Assembly (NCBI GenBank): GCA_964016885.1
Contig: OZ024743.1
Coordinates: 295,306,001 to 295,370,000, forward strand
Source of the DNA: Eledone cirrhosa
Lineage: Eukaryota
Length of the DNA: 64,000 nucleotides
Direction: 5' to 3'
Shown here: positions 43,204 through 56,450 of the stretch, piece after piece
Layout of the letters: each line of letters begins with the position of its first letter
Numbering within the stretch: position 1 is the stretch's first letter
Position numbers and translations under genes: made by a program
The notes under the pieces: model-generated
Told to the model about the DNA's origin: nothing
What the model saw: the letters and a program-made list of their open reading frames with translations, nothing else
Database searches by the model: none

Positions 43204-45950
43204 AAAGCAAAGTAGTTTCAGATATGAAAGTCCTTTAATAATAATGCTGTGATATATATTTCAAAGACAACAGTGGCCACAAGGTTCGGTGCGCCCAGTG
43301 CCGTGACATCATCAGACAGTTTGTTACATATTAAGGTTATGTTTCCGAGGCAATCCAAATTGAATCGACATGGGAACGGCAAAGCGTGTGCTCTTGAGTT
43401 CTTTGCCCGTTCCCTTGTGAGTCTTAATTAACCACCACCGGTCTGCGCAGGCGCAAGTCCGAAGGAAGTTGACCATCAACTATCGCAGAGTTCTACGAAA
43501 CTCGCCTAGCATGTCACCCTCTCAACCAAACAATGACCCATCCAGGCCTGTAATATGACAAGGTTAGAGCTTACTACTAGCCACCCTGTCAGTGGCAGTC
43601 GGCCTAAAGTTAGTGGGGGTGGGAGTATGAGTATGAATAGACCCACTACTACCCCTAAATTAAGCATGGACAGTTTAATAGACCATCAACCGCTAAGGGA
43701 ATATATACTTATTTCTAGGTATTATGGTTTCACAGTGGAAATTATGAATGAGAGTTGCAAATTAACACTAAAAATTACAAATCAAAAAACAAAAATTAGA
43801 ATCTAGATTGAAGTAAGTAAAAAATATATATGTACATATGATAACTAATAAATAGGGAGATGTTTAAGTTATAGTAAGGCGTTTTGAAAGTGGGATCAAT
43901 CTTACAGATATATTATCTACATATTGAACGATAGGACCGTACAGTAGAACGGAGGGTAGATTAAAGTATGAAGCGTAGTAGTTAGGCGAATACATAGTTA
44001 ATATCTCTATCACATGGAACAAAACAAAAATGCAAGGTATAACACACAAAAAATACAAAAAATACATGAAATACATAGATGTAAAGTGAGATATGTGATA
44101 CATATGTAAAATGAGATAGGAGATGTATATGAGAAACATGCGAAGGTAAGCTGCATCGAAATGAGGGTATAAGTAGTTAATATGATTGTCAATTTGTCCA
44201 TATAAAGGTTTGTTATCTGAAGTGAGGGGTCTTCTGTTCAAGGCCTCTGTGCAGATGCAATCTGCTGCAGGAAAATAGGGGTTTATCGTTGTTTTTATTT
44301 CCGTGTATTTATCCTGTCGAAAGTTAGTTTATAATTTTATGTCCGTCCAGTATCAGGGATTTCCAGTGTGTGTAGTCTATCCCCATGGTAGAGGGAATTT
44401 CCGGGTGTAGCTGATGGCTGGTTCCTCTCTTCTCCACTATATCGGTTACACCATAGAGCGCTCAACGTTATGGAGCTAAATTCTTAAGGTAAACATTGAT
44501 GCAATTCAATTCAAGCACTCAACGTACTTTTTCCACATAGGAGTGACGGAGTATATATCGAATAAGAAAGCGAAGTAGTTTCAGATGTTAAAGTCCTTTA
44601 ATAATAATGCTCTGATACACATTTCAATGACAACAGTGACAATACGGTTCGGTGCGCCCAGTGCCGTGACATCATCAGACAGCTTGTTACATGATAAGGT
44701 TATGTTTCCGAGGCAATCCAAATTGAATCGACATGAGAACGGACAAAGCATGTGCTCTTGAGTTCTTCGCCCGTTCCCTTGTGAGTCCCAATTCACCCCC
44801 ATCGGTCTGCGCAGGCGCAAGTCCGAAGGATGTTGACCATCACGTACCGCAGAGTTCTACGAAACTCGACTAGGCATGTCCCCCTCTCAACCAAACAATG
44901 ACCCCGTCAAGTCCTGTAATATGACAAGGTTACAGCTTACTACTAGCCACCCTGTTAGTGGCAGTCGGCCGAAAGCTAGTGGGGGTGGGAGAGTATGAGT
45001 ATCAATAGGTCCTACTACTAGCCCTAAATTATGCATGGACAGTAGAATTGACCATCAACCAGTAAGAGAATATATACTTATTTCTAGGTATTTTGGTTTC
45101 ACAGTGGAAATTATGAATGAGAGTTGGAAATTAACACTAAAAATTACAAATAAAAAAACAAAAATTAGAATCTAGATTGAAGTAAGTAAAAAATATATAT
45201 GTACATATAATAACTAATAAATAGGGAGATGTTTAAGTTATAGTAAGACGTTTTGAAAGTGGGATCACTCTTACAGATATATTATCTACATATTGAACGG
45301 TAGTACCGTACAGTAGATTTGTAATTTTTTGTGTTAATTTCCAACTCTCATTCATAATTTCCAGTGTGAAACCATAATACCTAGAAATAAGTATATATTC
45401 TCTTATTGGTTGATGGTCAATTCTACTGTCCATGCTTAATTTAGGGCTAGTAGTGGGTCCTGTTCATACTCATACTCTCCACCCCACTAGCTTTCGGCCG
45501 ACTGCCACTAACAGGGTGGCTAGTAGTAAGCTGTAACCATGTCATATTACAGGCCTGGATGGGTCATTGTTTGGTTGAGAGGGTGACATGCCTAGGCGAG
45601 TTTCGTAGAACTCTGCGGTAGTTGATGGTCAACATCCTTCGGACTTGCACCTGCGCAGACCGGTGGGGGTGAATTGAGTCTCACAAGGGAACGGGCGAAG
45701 AACCCAAGAGCACACGATTGCCTCGGAAACATAACCTTATTATGTAACAAACTGTCTGATGATGTCACGGCACTGGGCGCACCGAACCGTGTTGGCACTG
45801 TTGTCATTGAAATGTGTATCACATCATTATTATTAAAGAAATTTAACATCTGAAACTACTTCGCTTTCTTATTCGATATATACTCCGTCACTCCTATGTG
45901 GAAAAAGTACGTTGACTGCTTGATTGAATTGCATCAATGTTTACCTTAAG
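43200..45950. mobile_element. PLE-like partial tandem (two direct ~750-bp repeats) plus a third inverted copy; three HHR motifs
   Basis: 43201-43947 matches 44564-45317; 45317-45950 is inverted against 44483-45151; (TA)n at both ends. Confidence 0.8.
43247..43319 (-). ncRNA. Type I hammerhead motif, long stem II (paralogs 44609-44683 on -, 45753-45823 on +)
   Basis: ctgt CTGATGA tg...[~45 nt]...GAAA tatata TC acag; AUC triplet; stem II pairing imperfect. Confidence 0.55.
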
Positions 45951-45983
<33 letters not shown>

Positions 45984-47868
45984 CTGTGTGTGTGTGTGTA
46001 TGTATATATATATATATATATATATCACAGAAAGAAAAGAGAATCCGTGTTGCCACGAATGGAATTTATTGGACATATTACAATCGTTTCTCTGGCGACC
46101 AGCTCGAGGCACGATCGATGTGATCATTGTACCTGGCTCTGAAAATCGCAAGGTCCTCAGATACGTCTTGATTCTACGAAGCAGGTTTTCCTGCTTCGTA
46201 TTTTATTCATTTTTTTTCTATTTTATTCTTTCTCTTATACTTAAGGTATTTTTTGAAAGCTAAGCATTTGCGCTCAAAATACTACAGTGGGACCTGCAAT
46301 GCTACTGTTGGTTCCTGCAATGCTACCATGGGCCCCCTGGGGCGCACTTGCCATTGGGCAACCTGGCAACCTGGCCAGTCCACCACTGCATATACATAGC
46401 AAAGGTAAAACGATACAAACAATATATGAAGGAAAGTAGAGAATTATATATGATAGTATTTCATTGACACATCTTTTTAGGGTTAGCTCAATGCGTTTAT
46501 ATTATATTAAGATTATGCTTCTAGAAAAAGAATGTATTAGTGAGACACATTTGAATGTGGAGGCATAAACGCAGAGCAAATATAAATAAGTATATGAATG
46601 GGAAAATCAACTTCTATCATTTAAAGAAAAACACACTTTTATTCCCTTACACATATTCAAAAGGATTTGTCCATCCAATTATCTGAAACGTTATGTAACA
46701 TTTCGCATAATCTGTGTCCATATATAGGCGTAGATATATAGCCGTAGATATATAGCCGTAACCGCACATTCCTTCTCTTTGTAGGGGTGACAAATGCTTC
46801 AAAATAGTCGCCCATGTATGCACATTTCCCTTCTATATGCCAGCTCCGATGTTCAATGGAGTGGCACAGGCAAATACCAATTGGAATAAGTATCATTGCA
46901 GTCGAACGGCTCTCACTAGACAAGACAGCGCCATTTCACACAGTAAATCTACAGTTGAACTTGCTGGGGCTAATGCTACTAGTACTCATGTTTGCCCATT
47001 TGGGGTGGACTGGGCAATATTTTTTTTTCGTTTAAGAAAACAACGCACTGCTTAATCCGGGCACCGAAATCATGATGCAATGTCCTGAAACATAACTACT
47101 AAGATGCTCATATTTACATGTCGGAAAGAGATGATCTTATAAATTGTGAGTTTCAATTCCAAAATACCCGTGCTGCAAGTTACTGAACTTGCTTTTATAT
47201 TTTAATTAAAACTATTTTTACATTTACTTATTATTTATATATATTTTTTCTGTCTCAACCAACATTTCACGTAATCCAAGGACTTATCTTTTACAGAAAA
47301 TAATATATTTTTCTTTTGCCTTTGTGTAACTAGGTTTACTATGGTTTCCACCTTTTTGTCCTTCCATTGATAAATATTTAAGTATGTGATTAATTACTTA
47401 TCTTTGTCTTTGCATTTAAATATCTTTTTTTATTTGCGAAAACGTTTTATTTGATTAAATATATAATTGATTTTATATAGTGTTTTATATGACTAGGTTA
47501 TTTTGTTGCTATTTATTGTTTTAACTTGCTGTAGTGAAATTAGCTGGACTTCACTACGGAAATATTTCTCTTTCAATGAACATCATCTCAGTTGTGTCTG
47601 CTATTAGATAGTAATTGTTAAAGAGCTCCAGCTTCGTTATATCTTTAATTTTAGTTTGTTGGATAATTGGTTAATTGCTTCATTTCTTATTTGCTTGATT
47701 GCGTTGGTGATTTCTGGAATCTTTGTTTCCTTTATTTCTTCTTTCACTCGCTTTGTTTCTCCCGACAATTTCATCTTAATTCTTGTGACTAGTCCTTACG
47801 CTAATAAATATATTTTCTAACTCGATGCACAAATACACACATATACACAAATCAACGAATATACACAC

Positions 47869-47923
<55 letters not shown>

Positions 47924-47959
47924 GTGTACATATATTGATACATATGTATATATACTTTT

Positions 47960-49020
47960 CAATCTTTTACCCTTTCCATCTGACAGGCTCAGGCCATTAC
48001 CGCTACACTTTCTATAGCCAGCCTACCTTTTACAAGAGGTAGTTTGTTGCTGCTACCCATGATTGCACTTCTTCGCATACTGTGGGTTGATTTAGGATAT
48101 TGTTAACATAATGTTGAAATAATTTCTCAAAACATCTATTTCCACACAGTATAAATCTCTATGGTTTGTTGGAAGTTTATTAAAGCTCTGGTCCTTATGG
48201 ATGCCAAAAACGGGAGAATGCAACATAGTGCACACATTGTCCAAAGGCTAGTCCAGTTTTTAATGTCAATATCTGGTGTTAGTCCTTCTAGGATAATCCA
48301 TGTGTATATCATTTAGTATTTCTCCCATATCCTCGTACCAGGCAGTAGAGCTTTAATTCTTTCAGGCTCTACCAGTAGCTCATCTCCTTCAATGACGCAA
48401 TCTTCTTACTGTAGCTTCCCTTAATTGTTTCAAATTCTGCGTTTAGTTTCATATTGTGGAGAGACCACAGCTGAGAGCAATAGCCAAGTAGGCTGACGAC
48501 AAATAACCTCCAGTGGAACAGCATGGTTTCGCGGTATCTTCTTCAGAAGGTCTTCAGAATCTAATCTGCCAATCGTCAGCACATTGTTGCAATTTTGGTG
48601 ATGTGTGCTTCCTGAAAAGATGCATTTTCCAGCATTAATCTGCATATTTTTGTCCTCAGCCCATTTATATATGTCATCGAAATCTTTTAGTAAAGGAGTA
48701 GGATCAGCTGGATTCTTGATTGCTTTTTGTCATCAGCATAACTTCTGATGGAGTCTGTTTGTACAACGGGGTGCAAGTCTGAGAGAGAGCCACCACAAAC
48801 ATCAGTACTTTCAGAAAGGTTTCCGGGGGCATATTGCTTCCTGGTGATGTGTCATTTGAGAGATACCAGTTGGCTGAAAACGTCTAGCTTCTGCTTTAAG
48901 AAGTCATGAATGCATTCACCTAATTTCCCAACTACACCGATACAACATAATTTGTAACATATCATTCCATTTCAAAACTGTCGAAGTCTTTCACAAAGTC
49001 GAGATATGTCGCATCTACGA
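47960..49020 (-). pseudogene. Old CR1-like LINE RT fragment
   Basis: Peptides DATYLDFVKDFD, YADDK, IYKWAEDKNMQINAGKC; heavily disrupted. Confidence 0.7.
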
Positions 49021-49936
49021 GAGTTTAAAATGGTCGCTACCCTTTTAGCTATAGCCTTACTAAATTATTTTTCATAGCGTAGATTTATATAGAATCGAGA
49101 CACATAAAACAACAAGGTGTATGACGTTTCGGGCATATGAAATGAATGCCAACTTAGCGGGCCAGCCAATCGTACATATAACACATGAATGTCTTGGCAC
49201 AGGAAAATAAGTTGACTTAGAGAAATTTAGATTGGATGTGTCAAGGAATCCCTGGTGTCATATGGAATCACTGCAGGACAAGCACTTCAAATGCACCTCA
49301 GAATGACGTCTAATTCTTTCCGCGTGGTCTCAAATGTTACACTCAGAAAGAAGAGTAATACAAAAAAATCAAATAGAATGAAAGCGTTAGTGTAAGAAAC
49401 AATATCTCTTTAAACGAACATAGAAGTAATATGTAAGGTGTCGCTCCATCAACCTACTAGAAAAAGAGCCAAATTTAACAACAGCGTTACAAAAAAGAAC
49501 ATCTAGAGTAAATTGTTTCTGGATTACTTGCATATAGGACAAACCAATGTCTTTGATCATAGTTCTGATCGATCACGTCAGACCTGGACATAAACAGCAA
49601 GAGGACCAAGAGGCCTATAAAATATATTTCAATGTCACCCATTTAACAGGACAGACGCAGGAAATGTTTCTTGAATTTGTAATTCTGTATATCATTGAAC
49701 AAAACTAACATTAAGATACATAAGATTTTGAGTATTGTTCTACGAACATCTCTTTGTGTTATCCATATGTATTTGTGTAAAATCGTCTAGCATTTCTAAA
49801 GTTTCATGTCTCAAAATGTTATAGCTCTGCTTTACAAATTTTTATCATATACAAGAAAAATCATTCTAAATGTTTCTTTGTTGATAAAAATATTTAAGTC
49901 TTCTTCTCACATATGTGTATGCTTGTACGCGTTTGT

Positions 49937-50003
<67 letters not shown>

Positions 50004-50030
50004 TCTTTCTCTTTCTCTCTTTCCCTTCCC

Positions 50031-50098
<68 letters not shown>

Positions 50099-50534
50099 AC
50101 AGCTTATACTTTTCCAAATATCAACCTTTAACTAAACTTTAAAATTTCGCGTGAAAAATGTAACAGATGTTATATTCCCACTTAGGAGCAGTAAACGAAT
50201 ATATATACGCTAACATCTATAATCTGTCCGTTCAACTTCTAACTGTTAGAACCTAACAGCTTTGAGGATAACTTCAACCTAAGCTTATACTTTTTCAAAC
50301 ATCTGCCGATAAAGCGACGTAGATCTTTTGTTCTCTGGTGAGGGGCTTTTCGACTGAAAAAACACTAATTTTAATTCTATATTACACAACATTTGGCGTT
50401 TCAGTCGTATGAAATTTATTGTCACAATTCTTTCAATACCTAGCTTGAATCTACATATATCTAAATATATACAAAAATATATTTATACAGACACACACAC
50501 ACGCGCACATATATATGTATATATATATATATAT

Positions 50535-50873
50535 ATATTACTTCAAAATATTAATAAATATAGACATTCATGTGATCAAATATATTTTATTATACATATT
50601 TCAGAGGTACTGAGCTATTTCATCAGTACGTCCTCATCAGATAAAATAAATTGATGTCTGACATCAATTTATTTTATCTGATGAGGACGTACTGATGAAA
50701 TAGCTCAGTACCTCTGAAATGTGTATAATAAAATATATTTGATCACATGAATGTCTATATTTATTAATATTTTGAAGTAATATTAATAACTCCAGAAAAC
50801 CCCAGTTGAGTGCTTCTAATGTATTGTAAAACTTTATTCATTGATTAATTAATGAACCCTGTTAAACTTTTGG

Positions 50874-50875
<2 letters not shown>
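50535..50875 (+). mobile_element. 249-bp palindrome of two HHRs (50583-50648 on -, 50670-50735 on +) plus a ~90-bp tail, in (TA)n
   Basis: Centre at 50659 (1-nt spacer), one visible mismatch; tattttat CTGATGA ggacgtactga..tcagtacctct GAAA t(a/g)tgta TA ataaaata. Confidence 0.85.
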
Positions 50876-50914
<39 letters not shown>

Positions 50915-51185
50915 TAGTTTCACAACAGTTAGTTCGCCTTACCGAGAACAAATGTTTCACTTTATGCGGAAGAAAAATTATTCAAACGTTCGATTTCGAT
51001 TTTGATGTTAATTTTAAACCTTTCTTTTTTTACTCCTATCAACTCTTTATAATTTTTTACACTACATTAGACAAGATAGATTTTAATACGTCGAAACCGG
51101 TAATTGTTTCATATACTTTGTATACTTCATAAAAAATTTTTTTTTTAAAGAATTGTCCCTCTCATTTTTTAATGACATTATCTTT

Positions 51186-51366
51186 TGGCAGTATCAGTAG
51201 AGGGTCGGACTCCATGCTTTGACCATAGAGTTACGGCCCTTGCCATTCTGAGTTCAAATCCCGCCGAGGTTAACTTTGCCTTTCATCTTTACGGGGTCGA
51301 TAAAATAAAGTACCAGTAATGCACTGGGATAATTACTGGCCTTGTGCCAAATGTAGAAACAATTAT
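51186..51366 (+). mobile_element. tRNA-derived SINE, family A
   Basis: Same consensus as 36853-37045. Confidence 0.85.
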
Positions 51367-51504
51367 CTTTTTAATAACACTATCTTTTCAATAATGTCAC
51401 TTTGACGAATCAAAAAAGAAAAACAGACCCTTAAATATATATCCCGTACTATTTCCAGCTTCATCTTCTCTCTCTCTCTCTCTCTCTTTCCATCTCTCTC
51501 TCTC

Positions 51505-51540
<36 letters not shown>

Positions 51541-51561
51541 TACTTCAAAATATCGGTGTTT

Positions 51562-51634
51562 CTAGCTTGCCAGGAGTCGAACCTGGAATCTCCTGATCCG
51601 TAGTCAGGTGCGTTATCCATTGCGCCACAAGCCC
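51562..51634 (-). tRNA. tRNA-Arg(ACG), with a G1:A72 mismatch (gene or recent pseudogene)
   Basis: GGGCTTGTGGCGCAATGGATAACGCACCTGACTACGGATCAGGAGATTCCAGGTTCGACTCCTGGCAAGCTAG; 73-nt cloverleaf; TTTT about 11 nt downstream. Confidence 0.88.
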
Positions 51635-51778
51635 AGGTAACTTTGACAATATATGAACAACCGTCCGGTTGTGGAACCAACCAACCAAACCGTCGGGGTC
51701 AAACATTTTCCTATTACCCTAAGTATTGAGTACTCTGGTGCGTTATGGTCCATCTGGTTCCCTACCACACCTCCTTCG

Positions 51779-51815
<37 letters not shown>

Positions 51816-51954
51816 TAAATTTCCATAAACACCAAATGTTCTAGGTAAAACGTAAAAGTGCAAAAGCACCGAGTTATATTTAATTACTATTTTTTTCTTT
51901 AATCCGAATGAATATTTCTATAATTGTTACATTGAATGGATATAAAGTTTGTCA

Positions 51955-51997
51955 AATATTACCGGTTTCGATTGGAATATCATTCTCATCAAATATT
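51955..51997 (-). ncRNA. Decayed minimal hammerhead motif
   Basis: aatat TTGATGA gaatg-atattc-caatc GAAAC cg GTA atatt; C3>T in core. Confidence 0.5.
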
Positions 51998-52187
51998 AAT
52001 AAAAGTTTGTTCTATTCTGTGAGCCGTTAGAACATTTATGTAAGAGAGTGTGTATGTGTACGTATTTAAAGGGAGAGAGAGAAAGTGGAGCAAACATCCA
52101 CTTAAAATCCCTCACGCAGACATAGATATGTGCGAAGGTATCAGAACAGACTTTATGAGAAACATTTAGAATACAGTTTCTTGCATA

Positions 52188-52292
52188 TAATTGTTTCTAC
52201 GTTAGGCACAAGGCCAGCAATTACCTAGTGTATTACTGGTACTTTATTTTATCGAGCCCGCAAGGATGAAAGGCAAAGTTAACCTCGGCGGG
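52188..52292 (-). mobile_element. SINE family A 3' half
   Basis: TTAGGCACAAGGCCAGCAATT...GGCAAAGTTAACCTCGGCGG. Confidence 0.8.
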
Positions 52293-52691
52293 ACATATAA
52301 TGTGTATGAAGTCATGTTTTAGGTATTATTTCAAAGCATGAATCTTTTGAGCTCCTAGAATGTTAGGAATTGATCCTGAAGTGTTGAAGTTTTCCATGTA
52401 AAATAGTACACAACCGTAAATAATTTGACATATAAAGCCACTAAACATCAAATCATATGTAAAGGAATACAGCGACAATCGAAGCAGGATCCATTACATC
52501 TAGGATAAATACTGTTGCAAAAAGAACGTTTAACACAATTAATCATCTACAACTCTCTATAAAAAAAATATCATACCTATATTAACAAATTAAACAATGT
52601 AGTACTAAATAAAAAATGTAATACAAACCGAAAATATCAACAGTTACCACTCATACATTATTCATAACACATTAACACAAAATTCTCTTTT

Positions 52692-52729
<38 letters not shown>

Positions 52730-52919
52730 CTTTTCAATGGCTGACAATACATTACCAGCGCCACTCGAATAAGGTAGTTATTGAACCCATAAGTGGAGCC
52801 CTAACAGGTACTACTACTCCGGGCCGGAGCAGACCTGGGAGTTATGACAACTAAGGGGTAACTCCACATTCCCACAGCTCCTGAACTCCCGAACTGGAGC
52901 AAGCCACTGGATGTAGTTT

Positions 52920-53076
52920 AATGGACACACTGGAAGAGGAAGACCAAGGTTAACGTATGTTGATGTCCTAAGCACAGACACTGGTCTATTGGAGACGCAG
53001 GACATGGCAACGATAATGAGGGACAGAGACCGCTGGAGAGAACTCGTCCAAGGATCTCGGGAATTTTACCCGTACT

Positions 53077-53078
<2 letters not shown>
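52920..53078 (+). pseudogene. RTE-type LINE 3' end
   Basis: GHTGRGRPRLTYVDVLSTDTG...MATIMRDRDRWRELV is typical of an RTE ORF C-terminus; ends at (TA)n. Confidence 0.7.
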
Positions 53079-53116
<38 letters not shown>

Positions 53117-53128
53117 TTAATATAGATG

Positions 53129-53179
53129 AGATTCTACAGGACTAGAACTGTTTCATTCATTAGAAATCATCAGGAATCT
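53129..53179 (-). ncRNA. Type I hammerhead ribozyme
   Basis: agattc CTGATGA t ttc-taat-gaa t GAAA cag-ttctagtc-ctg TA gaatct. Confidence 0.75.
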
Positions 53180-53783
53180 GGCTTACCAATAATAAATGTT
53201 GTATTTATAGCTCTTTTCATGTAGTAGGAGTGGGTGGGGAGTGAAATGGGTAGGGGTCATTGGTTGATAGAAAGGGAATTCATTAAAAGCTAATTCTTTA
53301 AAGCTATAATTTATATTTAGAGTGACAAAGGCAGAAAGAATTCTATAAACAAGTTCAGAATGGGGTGCCACTCCTTATTTTTAAGTTTCTCTTAAGCTAA
53401 CAATGCTTATATTTCAGGTGTCAATAAGATCGTTGGGGGTCGGTCATGGTTGATGGATTTAAAAAAAAGGGAAATTCTTTAAAAACTAATTCTTTAAACT
53501 TCTACTAAGGGTGACAAAGGCCAAGAGAATTCTATAAATCAATTCAAAACATTGGGTGCCTATCATATCATTATCTTCAAATTTCTCTTAAGCTATATTC
53601 TAGGTGTTGACAGACACATTCAAACACACACACACACACACACGTATATATATATGCTTTTAAGAAACCACTGGTAAAGGGAATAATTGCCTTATGTTGT
53701 TTATTACATAATAATAATTAAGCTCTGTTGCCTACATAGGGCACTCTTTTTTCCTGGACTTTTCCGACGGAATTACTTCATTT

Positions 53784-53875
<92 letters not shown>

Positions 53876-54070
53876 ATATGTATGTATTTAAAGCACACCA
53901 TAATTTAACTTCGTGTCCTTGAAATATGTATAATGAAATAAATATGGTTTTATAAATATAGTTTCTATTTGTTAATATCGTATTTTTACTCCAAATATTT
54001 GTTGAGTGCTTTATTCATTTATAACAATATTTGCTTGTTCTATCCCAACAATGTAAATAGAACTTTTACA

Positions 54071-54111
<41 letters not shown>

Positions 54112-54499
54112 GTGGGAAAGTGAAAAATCGGAGAATAGACCGTTAAAACATGTTTATTTAAAATATCACCTACGTACGTTTCGCCCAGTTGGGCTTCTTA
54201 AGGGCATAAACAATCACAAGTGTTCCTTATATAGTTCGGAAAGAGTTTTGGGGGTTAAATCCACATCAAGATTCATTGCTCGCAAAAATATCTTGTTTTG
54301 ATTTTGCAGCAGGTCAAGGGAGGTAACTTTGGCCGGTGTTAGGGCAGTCTTTCCCGGATAATTTTTTTTTTTTTTTTTTTTTTTTTCCCGTTTGTCTGAG
54401 GCTGGGTCTGGTATGCAAGGATTGTTTTCTGGGTGTTATTTTGCTGCGCCTGCCCGCCGGGGTGTTAAGACTTGTTGCAGGGAGATCCAGTGTACTATT

Positions 54500-54771
54500 T
54501 CACTCTTCATTCTTAACCCATCTAAAGAAGGATATTTTTAAGCGATGTGTACAACTTATCGCTGTTTCAGCTCTGCTGTTGATGAGCTCGTGGGGTGCAG
54601 TTATGATGTGGTAGAGCTCCATGAGGCAAAGATCGCATTTCCTCTTGAAGTTGTACGGTGCAGCCCTGTCGACAATCTCCCAGTGCGTGGAGAAGCTAAT
54701 GTTTAAGTCCTTTAGTGATGTGATGTAGTCCGCGAGCGAGGTGGAGTGCCTTAGTTTTCTATTTGTGAAAG

Positions 54772-54772
<1 letters not shown>
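54500..54772 (-). pseudogene. PLE GIY-YIG C-terminal fragment (repeated at ~56839-57111 and ~59172-59444)
   Basis: SFTNRKLRHSTSLADYITSLKDLNISFSTHWEIVDRAAPYNFKRKCDLCLMELYHII..LINSRAE..SCTHR; decayed HHR downstream at 54168-54205 (gcc CTTAAGA a gccca-ac-tgggc GAAAC gtac GTA ggt). Confidence 0.8.
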
Positions 54773-54803
<31 letters not shown>

Positions 54804-54849
54804 GGAGAAGAAGTTTATGAAACGGAAATGCGGGTATAAAGAATTTATT

Positions 54850-54966
54850 AGGTAACAATTGTTTCTATAGTGTATGGGTTACCTATACCTCGCTATTTGA
54901 ATAATATAAAAATATTATCATAAACCGAAGGTACACTGCAAGCAAACACACCATGTCGTCAGACCT
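54850..54966 (-). ncRNA. Hammerhead motif with ~90-nt stem II domain (copies 57189-57305, 59524-59640)
   Basis: aggt CTGACGA c atggtgtgt...atacactat a GAAAC aatt GTT acct AATAAA. Confidence 0.6.
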
Positions 54967-55348
54967 TTGTATTGGAATATGAAAATATTTTATACACTAG
55001 ATAAAAGAGAAAAAAGGAGGTAGGAAGATAAGGAGGAAGAGGGAAGTGAGTAAGGGGGAGGGAGTCCTACGATTTAAGACTGTCAGACTAGTAGAGATTG
55101 TAAGGAGAGAATGTTTTGGCAGCAGTTAGCTTAATGAGGCGTGTTAGGGTTGGCGGGGGAAGTAAATTCTTCTAGTAGTGTTGTTTGGACAAAATTTAGT
55201 TAAAGGGGTCAAAGTGGTACAGAGTTACAGACAAGTTATTGGGACTATTATAGTAGCAGGTTATTTCTAAAGGGGTCCAGAAAACAGTGTTTAGTACTAT
55301 TATTATAGAAAGCCATATCTTGTGTATAAACATATAAAACATTGGAAT

Positions 55349-55396
<48 letters not shown>

Positions 55397-56133
55397 GACG
55401 TAAAATAAGAAAATTATAAAAATTAACTTACTTACTAAAATTTCACTCCAACTAATTAGTTTCTGAAAGGGAATAAACATGGTTTTCGATATAATGTTCT
55501 GCATCCCCTTGCATTTAACCACAAAGTTACTAAGACAAAACCTATATATTTGTTAGCATAGGTATGCATCTGTATATATCTGTTGGTAGATATACTAATT
55601 CTTTATAATTAACTCCAAATTACTTTGTTAAGCAAAAATTTGCCAAAACTGTTACTATAGTTCATAGTAATGGTTCGGCTTCTGTCTTTTTAACACCCCA
55701 CTCTTCACTGATTAACCTCGATGTCACGTGATTGATTCATTTGAATTTGCCACCGACCAAGTAGGCAGTGATTTTTTCAATGTCTTTGAATTTAGTCCAC
55801 GCTTGCTTTTTTCCATCCACTGAATTATTTTTGTATAAGTACCCTGTGTCCACGCATCGCCTGGGAACTTAGCTGAGAACAGACTTCCTGATGACGAATG
55901 GTTTTCTCCATGCCTTCCATTCGAAAACCATGTTTATTCCCTTTCAGAAACTCATTAGTTGGAGTGAAATTTTAGTAAGTAAGTTAATTTTTATAATTTT
56001 CTTATTTTACGCCTTTCATATAATTGTTATGCATCCCCTTGCATTGAACCACAAAGTTACTAAGACAAAACCTATATATTTGCTAGCATAGGTATGCATC
56101 TGTATATATATTTTGGTAGATATACTAATTCTT

Positions 56134-56214
<81 letters not shown>

Positions 56215-56409
56215 ATATGTATGTATTTAAAGCACACCATAATTTAACTTCGTGTCCTTGAAATATGTATAATGAAATAAATATGGTTTTATAAATATAG
56301 TTTCTATTTGTTAATATCGTATTTTTACTCCAAATATTTGTTGAGTGCTTTATTCATTTATAACAATATTTGCTTGTTCTATCCCAACAATGTAAATAGA
56401 ACTTTTACA

Positions 56410-56450
<41 letters not shown>

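Noticed and set aside
46657-47055. Overlapping 70-90 aa ORFs, considered as transposase or host exon
   Set aside because: No catalytic motifs or convincing splice context
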